From an uncultured Candidatus Woesearchaeota archaeon (GTDB lineage Archaea > Nanobdellota > Nanobdellia > Woesearchaeales > B29-G15), in contig CAIWSB010000055.1 in assembly GCA_903915225.1 (NCBI GenBank), positions 6,847 through 70,846 of the forward strand: a DNA stretch of 64,000 nt. The letters run 5' to 3'. The notes below the pieces were generated by a model. The model did not search any database and was not told where the DNA came from. It worked only from the letters and a program-made list of their open reading frames with translations. This document shows, piece by piece, positions 28,886 to 38,386 of the stretch. How positions within the stretch are numbered: the first letter of the stretch is position 1; each line of letters begins with the position of its first letter. The position numbers and the translations under genes were made by a program.

Positions 28886-29680
28886 TTATTCCCCACCCAA
28901 AAGCCTTTTCGAGCCTGCAATCAGCACCAAAACAACCTGCTGCAAAAACTCCCTGTCAACTTCCTCTATTGTATCTTTTGCGGTATGCATAACCCCTTTG
29001 CCGTCGATATACTTCTCATCCTCCATTCCATAATATTCCAGGTCTTCACCCTGAATGGTTGTGGCGGGGATGCCTGCCTCTATGAAATTGCAGTGGTCGC
29101 CTATTGCCAGGGGGTCATGCCCGCAAATCTTAATTCCAAATGATTCTGCACTAGCGAGATAATGAGCATTTAATTTAGCATCAATCTGCCTGAGTTCCGG
29201 CCCAACCTCTACTGAATCAGGGATAAGCATGCCCAGCTTCCCTCCTGAGCCGCAGGTATCAAGATTGACAACTGCCCGTATCTTTTTGGTCATCTGGGCA
29301 ATGTACTGCTTGGCGCCAAGGCTGTCTGCCTCTTCTGCACCGAAGAACACAACATCAACAGGCAGGCCTTTCAGCTGCTGCAATGCCTGGACTACCGCCC
29401 CGATTCCGCTGCCATTATCATTTGCCCCTGGTGTTGTCTCGCCCGTGGCCTCGTCAATCACATATCCGTCATAATGGGCTGTAATCAATAAAGGATTGTC
29501 ATGGCCTGAATCTAGGATAAAGTTTCTGTTGCCGTACTTCGGATCAACATCTATGTCCTGGAGAATCAGGCGATATCCTAAAGATAAGGCCAAATCCCTT
29601 GCCAGTCGCTCTATAAAATCCCTACGGCCAACATTATCCCTGTAACGAGAAAGCTCGCGGGCAACCTCATATGCATCCAT
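28886..29680 (-). CDS. M28 family aminopeptidase
   Basis: AHYD, PGANDNGSG, GAEE, NLD, GDH, HTAKD. Confidence 0.9.
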   Translation of the reverse strand: MDAYEVARELSRYRDNVGRRDFIERLARDLALSLGYRLILQDIDVDPKYGNRNFILDSGHDNPLLITAHYDGYVIDEATGETTPGANDNGSGIGAVVQALQQLKGLPVDVVFFGAEEADSLGAKQYIAQMTKKIRAVVNLDTCGSGGKLGMLIPDSVEVGPELRQIDAKLNAHYLASAESFGIKICGHDPLAIGDHCNFIEAGIPATTIQGEDLEYYGMEDEKYIDGKGVMHTAKDTIEEVDREFLQQVVLVLIAGSKRLLGGE

Positions 29681-29780
29681 GTGATGCAGGAAGAAACTCT
29701 CTTTTATAAACCCGCCGCCAATCATCCTCAGATTTTATCGTACGATTAATCTTTTAAGCCACCAGTGATTCCCTGATTGT

Positions 29781-30521
29781 ATGCCTAAACCAAGCATGAT
29801 AGACACCTACAGCCTGCCCAGTGTGTACAATGTTTGCGACCAGACTCTGAGGGAAGTCATTGCACTGCCGAAGGTCAGCATGGCCCATGTCACCATGGAG
29901 GCAAATGATGCTTCACTCTTGCACCAGCACTCAGCAATGACTGAAGTTTACTTCATACTTCAAGGCGAAGGGGTCTTGTATCACGGTGAAAGGGCATTGA
30001 AGGCTGAAAAGGGAGCCTATCTCGTCATCCCAAAAAACACGCCCCATCAGCTGCGCAACACAGGTAACACTGACCTTGAACATTTGGTTTTTGCAATCCC
30101 GCCTTTCAACCCAAAGGATGTTGAGGTTCTGAAAACTCCAACCAAAGAAACAACACCTGAAATATTCAGCCATGAAAAGCCGCAAGTGACTGCGCTTGAT
30201 GGGGCTTTGATACACGAGCTGATGAGTGCTGATGAAAGGCAACATTTAGATGTTGCACTGGCAGTTGGCTTCCTGCCTCCGGGAAGGAAGGCAATACCCC
30301 ATCACCACCGCATCAGTGAAGAGATATATTATGTAACCGATGGAACTGGGAAAGTCAGAGTTGGAGAAAAAGCCTTTGAGGTAAAGAAAGGCTCTGCGGT
30401 GTATGTCCCGGTCAACACGGTCCATGCCTTGGAAAACGGGAGCGCAACTGAGGAATTAAAGGTGCTGTGCGTATCATCCCCATCATACACAGAAGGGGAT
30501 TTTGTTCTTGAGTCAAGATAA
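29781..30521 (+). CDS. bicupin protein
   Basis: Two HxH...E.Y...G.G...PxNTxH cupin motifs. Confidence 0.88.
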   Translation: MPKPSMIDTYSLPSVYNVCDQTLREVIALPKVSMAHVTMEANDASLLHQHSAMTEVYFILQGEGVLYHGERALKAEKGAYLVIPKNTPHQLRNTGNTDLEHLVFAIPPFNPKDVEVLKTPTKETTPEIFSHEKPQVTALDGALIHELMSADERQHLDVALAVGFLPPGRKAIPHHHRISEEIYYVTDGTGKVRVGEKAFEVKKGSAVYVPVNTVHALENGSATEELKVLCVSSPSYTEGDFVLESR

Positions 30522-30525
30522 TATC

Positions 30526-30921
30526 TTATCTACTATGTTCCTTATTATGCCCCTTCAAGGTCGACTTCAGGGACAGGAAAAGCAGTATAGACTCCAGCAT
30601 CAGCAATATCAGTGTCGAGAATTTCTCCAGGTTGTAATTCATGTAGTACAAGGCAAACCTACCCTGTTGGGCATTGTACTTGTCGCTGATGGATATCAGG
30701 AGGGCATCGGTGTCTGTGCCTGTGGGGATATTCCCGCCAATGTAATCAATCTCCCGGCCATAACTGTCCATCTCTACCTGCACTATCTCATTAAAGCGGG
30801 CCTGGGAATCGCTGACTTCAGTGAAATAGAACTGCACTGTCAGGATTATTGCCGCAATTGAGAAAACAACAAAAATAGAACCAAGGATGTTTATTGGTAA
30901 TATCTTATTGTGTTTTGCCAT
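30526..30921 (-). CDS. two-TM membrane protein
   Basis: N- and C-terminal hydrophobic helices. Confidence 0.65.
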   Translation of the reverse strand: MAKHNKILPINILGSIFVVFSIAAIILTVQFYFTEVSDSQARFNEIVQVEMDSYGREIDYIGGNIPTGTDTDALLISISDKYNAQQGRFALYYMNYNLEKFSTLILLMLESILLFLSLKSTLKGHNKEHSR

Positions 30922-30976
30922 TTTACCTTAAATATCTTTGTGGTATTTAAGGTTTACGATATAGCTCTTGCAATAG

Positions 30977-32221
30977 CTATTTTGTGGGGTCAGTGACCCT
31001 CCCCATGAAGAGGAAGTTGCCTGTTTCCTTCTCTTGAATCAGGAATATGAACGGGTGGTCTGCGTTAAAGATAGTGGGATTTGCTATTGCCGTATTCTTC
31101 ATAACCACCGCAGTGGCAGCAGCTGCCTCTGTCCCCTCCTCATTCACATCCACAAAGGCCTGGTGAATCACATCGCTGATGTACAAGTCCTTTTTCCCGT
31201 CCATGCCTGAGAAGTCAGCTGCGTCTGTGAAAGCAGTGGGCATGCCCATCGCAATCAGGTCATCTGCCATAAAGTACTTTGTCTCAAACTTGAATTTGGG
31301 CAGATAGACTTTCATGCCAGTCTCATACATCTGGGCACGTAGCTCAATTAGTTTTTCCAGGGTGAATGAACCCTCTAGCGCATCGAGTGTGTCTGCCTTT
31401 GGCAGGAGCAGAAGCATTGAGAGCTCATTGCCAGAGTAAGGCAGCTCGAGAATCTGAAGTTCATCTGTCTCTGCATAATTAAACCTCGCCTTCTCACCTG
31501 TGATTGCCATCATCTGGGCCTTCACAGTCAGCTCTGGGCTCACGCGGAAATCAGCCTCGCGTGTTGCGGACTTTTCAAACTGCCAGAGCCAAGTGCCTTT
31601 GAAGTAAATGGCATTTGTAAGAACCAGGCGTGTCATTGGGTCAATCTCACCCTGCGGGATAAGGTCCTTAATCTTGTCGTTTGTCTGCTGCTCAACCCAT
31701 TTATTGATTGTAACCCTTGAATTCTCAGTGTCACCCACAAAGTCAAGGTTAGTGACCTTGCCACCATAGTAATTCCCAATTGTGGCAAAGTAGCTGTCAA
31801 GGAACTTGAAATTCTGCTGCGCCCAGAGGGCATTAGCAGTGTTGAGCAAGTACGGCTTGCCATGCGCATTTAGGTTATTATATTCCTGTGCAAACGCAGG
31901 CCTCATCTGCGAAGTATCCAGCGGGAAATGGAAAACATTGGCAATCTCCTGGGCTGTCTGGCCGCGAGCGCCCTCATAGGTCATTGCGAGGGCTGACGAA
32001 ATACTATATGGAGAGAAAAAGATGTTCCCCTCATTAGACTTATATTTTGCATAGAGGTCAAATGCAAACTGGTTGTTGGCATTGACAACAAGATTTACAT
32101 TCTCTGCCGTGACCCCTGTGGCATCCATCAAAGTCTTGCCGGGAGGAGCAGGAGGAGTGCATCCAAAAACAAAGAGAATTGAGATAAGCAGTATTGCCAA
32201 AAGCGCGGTTGTGTGTTTCAT
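30977..32221 (-). CDS. serpin (serine protease inhibitor), lipoprotein-type signal
   Basis: NIFFSPYSI, NAIYFKG, EEGTEAAAAT hinge, FNADHPF; LFVFGC lipobox-like sequence. Confidence 0.96.
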   Translation of the reverse strand: MKHTTALLAILLISILFVFGCTPPAPPGKTLMDATGVTAENVNLVVNANNQFAFDLYAKYKSNEGNIFFSPYSISSALAMTYEGARGQTAQEIANVFHFPLDTSQMRPAFAQEYNNLNAHGKPYLLNTANALWAQQNFKFLDSYFATIGNYYGGKVTNLDFVGDTENSRVTINKWVEQQTNDKIKDLIPQGEIDPMTRLVLTNAIYFKGTWLWQFEKSATREADFRVSPELTVKAQMMAITGEKARFNYAETDELQILELPYSGNELSMLLLLPKADTLDALEGSFTLEKLIELRAQMYETGMKVYLPKFKFETKYFMADDLIAMGMPTAFTDAADFSGMDGKKDLYISDVIHQAFVDVNEEGTEAAAATAVVMKNTAIANPTIFNADHPFIFLIQEKETGNFLFMGRVTDPTK

Positions 32222-32310
32222 GAGAAGTTAAACAGATGGCTGGAATAAATAGTTTGTTATAATTGCAACTGAAGTTGAAACCAAAAAAGAAAAAAAACAA
32301 AAAAAATAGC

Positions 32311-32943
32311 CTAGCTTACCCTGCCCACAACCAACTTGGCAAGAGCAACAGCCTTGTCCTTTGAGCATCCGCCACCAGTGCACTGGAGCTGGAACTTGTA
32401 CTTGCCTTTTCCAAAGTTGACTGCATCATAAGGCTGCTTGTACCAGCAGGCATCGTAGTCGCCAAGCCCGGTGACTGTCTCAATGTTCTCCATCCCGATT
32501 GGGTTCTTGATTACTGTTGTGCCGATGGTGAAACTCTCCCTGCAACCAGCTGCAAGATCCCCTGTAACGCTTTCCACAGTTCCTATCTTGTTCATGTTCA
32601 GAGAAATGGAAGCCCCGCGGCCTGACCTGAAGAGCTCCTTGTCTCCCCAGCCTCGAGAGCATGTCCCGCCAGGGTACTTGAAGGTCTGCCCGTCTTGTAT
32701 TTCAACGCCCATTACATCAGCAATGTCTTTTATAGTTAGTAATCCGCAGTCCTCAAGGGAATATGATTCAGCTGGAACTACAGTGGTTGGAGCAACTGTT
32801 GATGCCGCTTGAGATGTTGGGGTTGAAGGAGCAACTGTTGAAGCAGGAGGATTGGGTGTATTATCCGTAGCAGGTGGGGATTGGGAGCACCCAGCCACAA
32901 GAATTACCGCAACCAATGCCACCAACAAATAGCTCATTTTCAT
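32311..32943 (-). CDS. putative lipoprotein with Pro/Thr/Ser linker and Cys-containing domain
   Basis: LVAGC lipobox, low-complexity stalk, CGLLT motif. Confidence 0.75.
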   Translation of the reverse strand: MKMSYLLVALVAVILVAGCSQSPPATDNTPNPPASTVAPSTPTSQAASTVAPTTVVPAESYSLEDCGLLTIKDIADVMGVEIQDGQTFKYPGGTCSRGWGDKELFRSGRGASISLNMNKIGTVESVTGDLAAGCRESFTIGTTVIKNPIGMENIETVTGLGDYDACWYKQPYDAVNFGKGKYKFQLQCTGGGCSKDKAVALAKLVVGRVS

Positions 32944-33030
32944 ATATGTTCACCGTTTTTTGTTTTGATAATAGAGGGTTTTTGAATAAAGTTATATTTA
33001 AATCTTTAGCAAAGGACTCCGTTCTTCGAA

Positions 33031-33134
33031 GGCAGCAACAACTATGGCAGCTGACGGTCATTTGCTGCTGCAAATGCCCTACTCGCCACCCCGTAGGGGC
33101 CCTCCCCCGGCTCGCCAGCGCCATTGTTGCTGCC
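33031..33134. repeat. structured palindromic element, copy 1 (ncRNA or MITE/REP-like)
   Basis: GGCAGCAACAA...TTGTTGCTGCC terminal inverted repeat with internal hairpins; second copy at 39790..39894. Confidence 0.85.
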
Positions 33135-33174
33135 CATAGAAACTGTTAAAAACACCCCTTCTCTCGCACGTGCC

Positions 33175-34161
33175 ATGAAGGCAATCGGGCTTTTCTCAGG
33201 CGGATTGGACAGCGCCCTGGCAATAAAGATGGTCCAGGAGCAGGGAATTGAGGTAATCGCACTTAATTTCGTGAGCCCGTTCTGCACCTGCGTCGGCAAG
33301 GGATGCTCCATTGTGGACCTGGCGAAGAGGCTTGGGGTAAAAATCAAGGTCATGAGCAAGGGCAAGGATTACCTCAAAATGCTGCGCCACCCGAAATACG
33401 GCTATGGCAAGAACATGAACCCTTGCATTGATTGCAAAATCTACATACTCAAGAAAGCCAGGATATATGCAAAAGAGATTGGGGCAAAATTCCTGTTCAC
33501 AGGCGAAGTTGTGGGGCAAAGGCCGATGTCCCAACACTACAAGACCCTTATGCTGATTGAGAAAGAGGCAGGCTTAACCGGAAAGCTGGTACGGCCGCTA
33601 TGCGCTGGATTGCTGCCGCCAACAGAAGCAGAGAAGAAAGGCTGGATAGACCGAGAAAAACTTTTGAAATTTGAAGGCAGGAGAAGGACTCCGCAACTGG
33701 ACCTGGCAAAGAAATACAAGATTGACGGCTTCATGTGCGGGGGCTCTGGCTGCAGGCTCACAGACAAGGAATTTTCATGGAAGCTGAAAGATTTATTTGC
33801 CCATAAAGAGAGGCTTGCGTATAACGAGGTGCGCCTTTTGAGCTTCGGCAGGCATTTCAGGCTCAAGGACAACAAGATAATCACTGGAAGAAACCAGGCG
33901 GATAACGAGGCCATCCCCACACTGAAAAAGAAAAGCGAAATCCTGCTGCAGGTCGAAGGCCACATGGGCCCAATTACATTAATTGAAGGTAAACCCACAA
34001 AAGAGACAATCGAAATTGCAGCAAGCATCACCGCGAGATACTCTGACGCCCCGGATGGGGATATAACCGTAAACTACGGAAAAACCATCGGAGCCCTGAA
34101 CAAGAGAATTGTTGTAAAGAAGATAACCGAAAGCAGGCTTGACGAGCTTAGGATTGCTTAA
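33175..34161 (+). CDS. ThiI/MnmA-like PP-loop tRNA thiolation protein
   Basis: SGGLDS, NPCIDC, TGEVVGQRPMSQ, GCRLTD, GRHFR. Confidence 0.85.
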   Translation: MKAIGLFSGGLDSALAIKMVQEQGIEVIALNFVSPFCTCVGKGCSIVDLAKRLGVKIKVMSKGKDYLKMLRHPKYGYGKNMNPCIDCKIYILKKARIYAKEIGAKFLFTGEVVGQRPMSQHYKTLMLIEKEAGLTGKLVRPLCAGLLPPTEAEKKGWIDREKLLKFEGRRRTPQLDLAKKYKIDGFMCGGSGCRLTDKEFSWKLKDLFAHKERLAYNEVRLLSFGRHFRLKDNKIITGRNQADNEAIPTLKKKSEILLQVEGHMGPITLIEGKPTKETIEIAASITARYSDAPDGDITVNYGKTIGALNKRIVVKKITESRLDELRIA

Positions 34162-34178
34162 GCTGTTTTTCTCATTGA

Positions 34179-34198
34179 CTTTTACTTCGGAGTAGTTA
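34179..34198. promoter_or_regulatory. 8-4-8 palindrome, site 8
   Basis: CTTTTACT-TCGG-AGTAGTTA, 16 bp before TTTTAAAC. Confidence 0.65.
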
Positions 34199-34242
34199 AA
34201 TTACCGTAAAGATTTTAAACACGCTGCCATTAACAGCCTACT

Positions 34243-34512
34243 ATGACAATAGACGATAAATTAACAATGGAAACCGCTGTGGCTGGCCTGAGTAAGGGTG
34301 ATTTAGTCAGAATCAAATGGAAGCCAGTCATCAGGCTGTATGGGAGAGACACATTTATAGGGAAATATGTGGAACACGATCCAAAGCAAAAGACCTTGAC
34401 TGTATCAAAGGATGCGTTTGATATGTGTGACATAAAAATTGAAATCACAAGAGAAATACCCTATGCCCGAATCGAACAAATTGAGAGATTAGAACCCAAG
34501 AAATTATACTAA
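34243..34512 (+). CDS. small hypothetical beta-barrel-like protein
   Basis: 89 aa; KGDLVRI...IPYARIEQIE. Confidence 0.65.
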   Translation: MTIDDKLTMETAVAGLSKGDLVRIKWKPVIRLYGRDTFIGKYVEHDPKQKTLTVSKDAFDMCDIKIEITREIPYARIEQIERLEPKKLY

Positions 34513-34539
34513 ACAATTCAACTAATTGGGGGGATTTAA

Positions 34540-34869
34540 ATGGCTAAATGTGACAAGGTTAAAGCTGAAAGAATCAATAAGGGAACAATCGAAACTATCG
34601 TGGATGGAACATTCACTATTGAGGGCACAACTGCTGTGCATATTGAGGGCAGACTGGCCTATGAAGATGGCATTTTTGATATTGTCAAGGAAGAGCAAAA
34701 GCAAATCAGGGGCATAGGAGTTAGGGCACCAACTGTCTATACCATGGTTGCGCTTAAGGCAGGGGAATTTGAGATTGAGTACCAGCACCTGGCTCCGGGA
34801 TTCTCAGAGCACCCAAACAAGATTCTGAGCGCAGAAGTATACAAAGTAATAGTCAAGCCTAAGCAGTAG
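34540..34869 (+). CDS. possible chagasin (I42)-like Ig-fold protein
   Basis: VALKAGEFEIEY...YKVIVK; paralog of the next gene. Confidence 0.55.
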   Translation: MAKCDKVKAERINKGTIETIVDGTFTIEGTTAVHIEGRLAYEDGIFDIVKEEQKQIRGIGVRAPTVYTMVALKAGEFEIEYQHLAPGFSEHPNKILSAEVYKVIVKPKQ

Positions 34870-34891
34870 GCTTCAATTGGGGGGAAGTTAA

Positions 34892-35206
34892 ATGGCTAAA
34901 GTTGAAAGAACAAATGAAGGGACAATAGAAACCATTGTTGGCAAGACATTCAAGATTGAGGGGACAACCCCAATCCAATTCGGCGGCAAGCTCAGCTTCT
35001 TGGAGGGCGCATTTGAGATTGTTGATGAGAGGAAAAATGAGCTCAAGACTTTCGGTCCAAGGTTCCCGACTGTCTACATAATCAAGGCTCTTAAGCCAGG
35101 GGAGTTCAAGATTGAGTACCAGCAACTATCGCCTGCATACAGCGAGCACCCAAACGAGGTTGTAGGCGCAAATGTTTACAAAGTAATAGTCAAGCCTAAG
35201 GAGTAG
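34892..35206 (+). CDS. possible chagasin (I42)-like Ig-fold protein, tandem paralog
   Basis: KALKPGEFKIEY...YKVIVK. Confidence 0.55.
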   Translation: MAKVERTNEGTIETIVGKTFKIEGTTPIQFGGKLSFLEGAFEIVDERKNELKTFGPRFPTVYIIKALKPGEFKIEYQQLSPAYSEHPNEVVGANVYKVIVKPKE

Positions 35207-35226
35207 GCTTGTTTTTCTTTTTTTTT
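35207..35226 (+). terminator. oligo-T archaeal terminator
   Basis: GTTTTTCTTTTTTTTT just after the stop. Confidence 0.5.
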
Positions 35227-35255
35227 AGTTCAGATTTCTTTTAAGTAGGCATAAT

Positions 35256-35275
35256 TTACTGTTCTAGAACGGCAA
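35256..35275. promoter_or_regulatory. 8-4-8 palindrome, site 9 (divergent)
   Basis: TTACTGTT-CTAG-AACGGCAA, 15 bp before TTTAATAA. Confidence 0.45.
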
Positions 35276-35331
35276 TATATGTATAATCTTTAATAATCTG
35301 CCCCGCCCTTCTTATTCAGGGAGTGAGTCGG

Positions 35332-35598
35332 ATGGGAGAAATCGTGTATAAAGTTGAGGAAATAATCAATTACTACACATCAAGCCAAGAAGAGCGGATT
35401 ATCGGGTATGCAACTGGAAACCCAGAGGATATCGCAGAATTCTTTAGAGCAAGATCACAGGAAATGATAACTGTATCACCGCTGGAGATAATTGCTGTCA
35501 CCTCTGACAAAGCCAAAGATGTCAGGCAGGCTACAAGACAGCTCCAAGAGGCAAAGGAAAAAATAGAAAGGATAACCAAGCCCAAAACTTGCAGGTAG
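35332..35598 (+). CDS. small hypothetical protein, GYATGNP family
   Basis: YKVEEI...IIGYATGNPxDIAEFF shared with the next gene. Confidence 0.8.
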   Translation: MGEIVYKVEEIINYYTSSQEERIIGYATGNPEDIAEFFRARSQEMITVSPLEIIAVTSDKAKDVRQATRQLQEAKEKIERITKPKTCR

Positions 35599-35631
35599 TT
35601 TTTGAAAAAAAGGTTTAAGGGGGTGAGTGAG

Positions 35632-35892
35632 ATGTGTCAAATAACATATAAGGTTGAGGAAATCACCAACTACTTTGAATCTGGCGAAACAAAGAAAATT
35701 ATAGGGTACGCAACTGGGAACCCGATGGATATCGCGGAATTCTTTATGGCACGTTCACAGCAGAGGATAGAGGTAACGCCGCTGGAAGTAATTGTTATTA
35801 CCCCTGACATAGCCCAAGACATTAGGCAGGCTAAACAACAGCTCCAGGAAGCAAAGGATAAATTACAAAAGATAATCTATCCTGGCAAATAA
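35632..35892 (+). CDS. small hypothetical protein, GYATGNP family paralog
   Basis: GGTGAG RBS; same motifs. Confidence 0.8.
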   Translation: MCQITYKVEEITNYFESGETKKIIGYATGNPMDIAEFFMARSQQRIEVTPLEVIVITPDIAQDIRQAKQQLQEAKDKLQKIIYPGK

Positions 35893-35905
35893 TTTCCTTG
35901 CAAGC

Positions 35906-36676
35906 TTACCCAATCCTCATCTTAAGGTTTCTGGCGTATTGGTACGTTGGGTCAATCTTCAGCGCCTGGTCCACGCATCTACGGGCGTTGTCCTTATCGC
36001 CAATGACAAGGAGCGCGTTGGCCTTGTTGCCCCAGGCCTTCCTGTAGTTCTTGTCAATATTATTAATCACATGGTCATAGCAAGCAATTGCCTCCGTGAC
36101 CCTGCCAAGGTTCTTGAGTGCAATCCCCTTGTTTATCCACGCAAGACTGAATTTCGGGCTTAGCTTAATCGCCTCATCGAAATAGGGCAATGCCTCCTGA
36201 TACTTGCGCTTCTCGTTAAGCGCATTCCCCTTGTCATCTGCCTCCTCAGCTTTGCTCAGTTTCCTGCCTGTGAATGCATGAATGACCTCAACTGCCAGCA
36301 TGTCCATGCAGAATTTCCCGTAAAAGCCCATGTACCTGCCTGCAATCTCCTCAAGCCTCTTGTTTGTAGAAAACACAGCTGTTGAACTCCAATTAATCTC
36401 TGCACCGGTCTGCTTCATCAGTCCCTTTAGCTCAACATAGCTGCTAATCTGCTCCTCAAGCAATCTCCTATGCTCCAGTGGCAGCTTCTTGACATCCTTT
36501 GCATAGTCTGTGCCAGCATATATCTTCTCAAGCGTCAAATCCTTGTTATCTAGAACCTGAGCAAGCGATTTTTCATACTCAATCGGGTCAGAGTGCTCCT
36601 TTATTTCCCGGACTGCAGAAATTGCCCTCTCCAATGTCTTATCACACCTTCTTATAGAATCCTCAATGTTTGCCAT
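35906..36676 (-). CDS. tetratricopeptide repeat protein
   Basis: Three C-terminal TPRs (AWINKG, AWGNKA, ALKIDP). Confidence 0.88.
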   Translation of the reverse strand: MANIEDSIRRCDKTLERAISAVREIKEHSDPIEYEKSLAQVLDNKDLTLEKIYAGTDYAKDVKKLPLEHRRLLEEQISSYVELKGLMKQTGAEINWSSTAVFSTNKRLEEIAGRYMGFYGKFCMDMLAVEVIHAFTGRKLSKAEEADDKGNALNEKRKYQEALPYFDEAIKLSPKFSLAWINKGIALKNLGRVTEAIACYDHVINNIDKNYRKAWGNKANALLVIGDKDNARRCVDQALKIDPTYQYARNLKMRIG

Positions 36677-36705
36677 GCAAATCCCCCTCGTTGAAAAATT
36701 TTTCA

Positions 36706-37197
36706 CTAATCAGCCAGGGACTTTCTCCAGTTCCCCAAAAACTGCCCAAAAGCAACCTGGAAAGAGCCTGAGAGCATAGCGGCAATCTGATGCGTCCATA
36801 CATGCACATATTCCTCTGTGGTGAGCTTCCAGAGCCTGTCTGCCATTTCATCAGCGCCTATTGAGTTTGCCTGGTAAACCCTCTCAAGGTTAGGGTCATT
36901 CCTTTCAGTGAGGAAAATGCAATGGTCCACCTCAATCTTATATAGTGCAGCCCCAACAACCTCTAGAGGGTTTTCGTACTTGCCCTTGGCTTCTAGCATT
37001 GCATCAAGCGTAGGGAGGTAATCCACATGAATCCTGCGGCCATCTATTGTGACAATCTCACCATCTATTTGGTATCTGGCGCTGTAATTCTCAATAGTCC
37101 TATCTGTCCTGTCCCGCTCAGCCTGCGGGTCAATGAAGGCATCAAATACCCTCCTTGCAGCCTCCTTATCAATACCAACAAAGAATCCCTTTTCCAT
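36706..37197 (-). CDS. hypothetical protein
   Basis: ATG at 37197 after TATA; contains EEYVH, another EExxH. Confidence 0.65.
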   Translation of the reverse strand: MEKGFFVGIDKEAARRVFDAFIDPQAERDRTDRTIENYSARYQIDGEIVTIDGRRIHVDYLPTLDAMLEAKGKYENPLEVVGAALYKIEVDHCIFLTERNDPNLERVYQANSIGADEMADRLWKLTTEEYVHVWTHQIAAMLSGSFQVAFGQFLGNWRKSLAD

Positions 37198-37333
37198 GGG
37201 AAAGGAGAATAAATCTAACTTAATAAAGCTTATTGTTACTCGAGAAAGGTTAAATGGGAAGGACAAACTTAATCCATATGGCTTTGATTTCTCCTAGAAA
37301 AATTAATAAGGTGTTATTGTGCAAAGAGGAATT

Positions 37334-37960
37334 ATGAATAAAATCCAGATATTCTTCATTCACGGTGGAATGACTTTCAAGAAAAAGAAAGACTACCTTC
37401 ATTTCTTGAGGACAAAGGAGATATCAATTGAGGAGCCAAAGAGGTGGACTGACGCTTATCTGAAAAAGATGCTTGGGAATGTTTTTGAGATAATAAAGCC
37501 CAGGATGCCCCTCCAGGATAATGCAGTCTACGATGAATGGAAGCTATATTTTGAGAGGTTTTTCCCGTACCTTAGGAACAATATCATTTTAATAGGGTCA
37601 TCACTTGGAGGGATTTTTCTCGCGAAATATTTATCTGAGAATAGGTTCCCTAAAAAAATCCTATCCCTTTACCTAATCTGTGCGCCCTTTGACGATACCC
37701 TACCTGGGGAAGAGCTATCAGGGGGCTTTAAGCTGAAATCTGACCTATCATTGATTGAGAGGAATGCCAAAAGAATCAACCTACTATTCGCAGAACATGA
37801 TGATGTTGTCCCTGTGGCGCATGCAAAGAACTACGCAAAGAAGCTGAAAAATGCAAATATTGTCATATACAAGCACATCAGGAGCCACTTCATAATCTCT
37901 GAGTTCCCGGAGATAGTGAAGATGATAAAAGCTGATGTGAAAACCCTGAAGAAAAAGTAA
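37334..37960 (+). CDS. alpha/beta hydrolase (RBBP9/YdeN-like)
   Basis: IHGG, GSSLGG nucleophile elbow, DDVVP, C-terminal His. Confidence 0.88.
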   Translation: MNKIQIFFIHGGMTFKKKKDYLHFLRTKEISIEEPKRWTDAYLKKMLGNVFEIIKPRMPLQDNAVYDEWKLYFERFFPYLRNNIILIGSSLGGIFLAKYLSENRFPKKILSLYLICAPFDDTLPGEELSGGFKLKSDLSLIERNAKRINLLFAEHDDVVPVAHAKNYAKKLKNANIVIYKHIRSHFIISEFPEIVKMIKADVKTLKKK

Positions 37961-38020
37961 ATTAATAAACTGGGAATTCCATTCTAAGCATTGTTGTCTT
38001 TTATGAAGAAACTAAAAGAT

Positions 38021-38269
38021 TTACTTCTTGAGTTTTTCTTCGAGTTGAGAGATTCGATGGTTCAATGACTTAATATTCTCTCGAGTATACCTCGATCTTA
38101 ACTCTAAAATTGATCCCAATCCTAAGAGAGCACCTGCTTCGCTAAGAGTTCTATTGTCTCCAGTAACCAACCCATAAATAACTAGAGCGCCTCCACCAAC
38201 AAGTAAAATTGGGGCTGTTGACATGTATATCAGGTCGTCCATTTTGTATTCGACTCCAAAAAATTTCAT
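38021..38269 (-). CDS. small two-TM protein with coiled-coil tail
   Basis: AAGGAGGT RBS before ATG 38269. Confidence 0.7.
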   Translation of the reverse strand: MKFFGVEYKMDDLIYMSTAPILLVGGGALVIYGLVTGDNRTLSEAGALLGLGSILELRSRYTRENIKSLNHRISQLEEKLKK

Positions 38270-38334
38270 TTTGATAACCTCCTTAAACAGATGGTAGCAA
38301 GGAGTACGCTCTCCCTTAAAAATCTTACTCAATT

Positions 38335-38354
38335 TAACTATTATGCAGTAAATA
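38335..38354. promoter_or_regulatory. 8-4-8 palindrome, site 10
   Basis: TAACTATT-ATGC-AGTAAATA, 14 bp from TTTTTAAG. Confidence 0.6.
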
Positions 38355-38386
38355 AAGCACTTCAACTCTTTGAAAATACCAAAGAA

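Noticed and set aside
33031-33134. Element as a tRNA or hammerhead ribozyme
   Set aside because: The cloverleaf-like branching lacks a T-loop (TTCRA), D-loop GG and anticodon geometry. CTGACGG is not the CUGAnGA core and there is no GAAA.
33042-33365. Short ORFs spanning the structured element (also 32861..33124 and 32874..33149)
   Set aside because: They overlap real genes, and no equivalent ORF crosses copy 2, so the element is probably non-coding.
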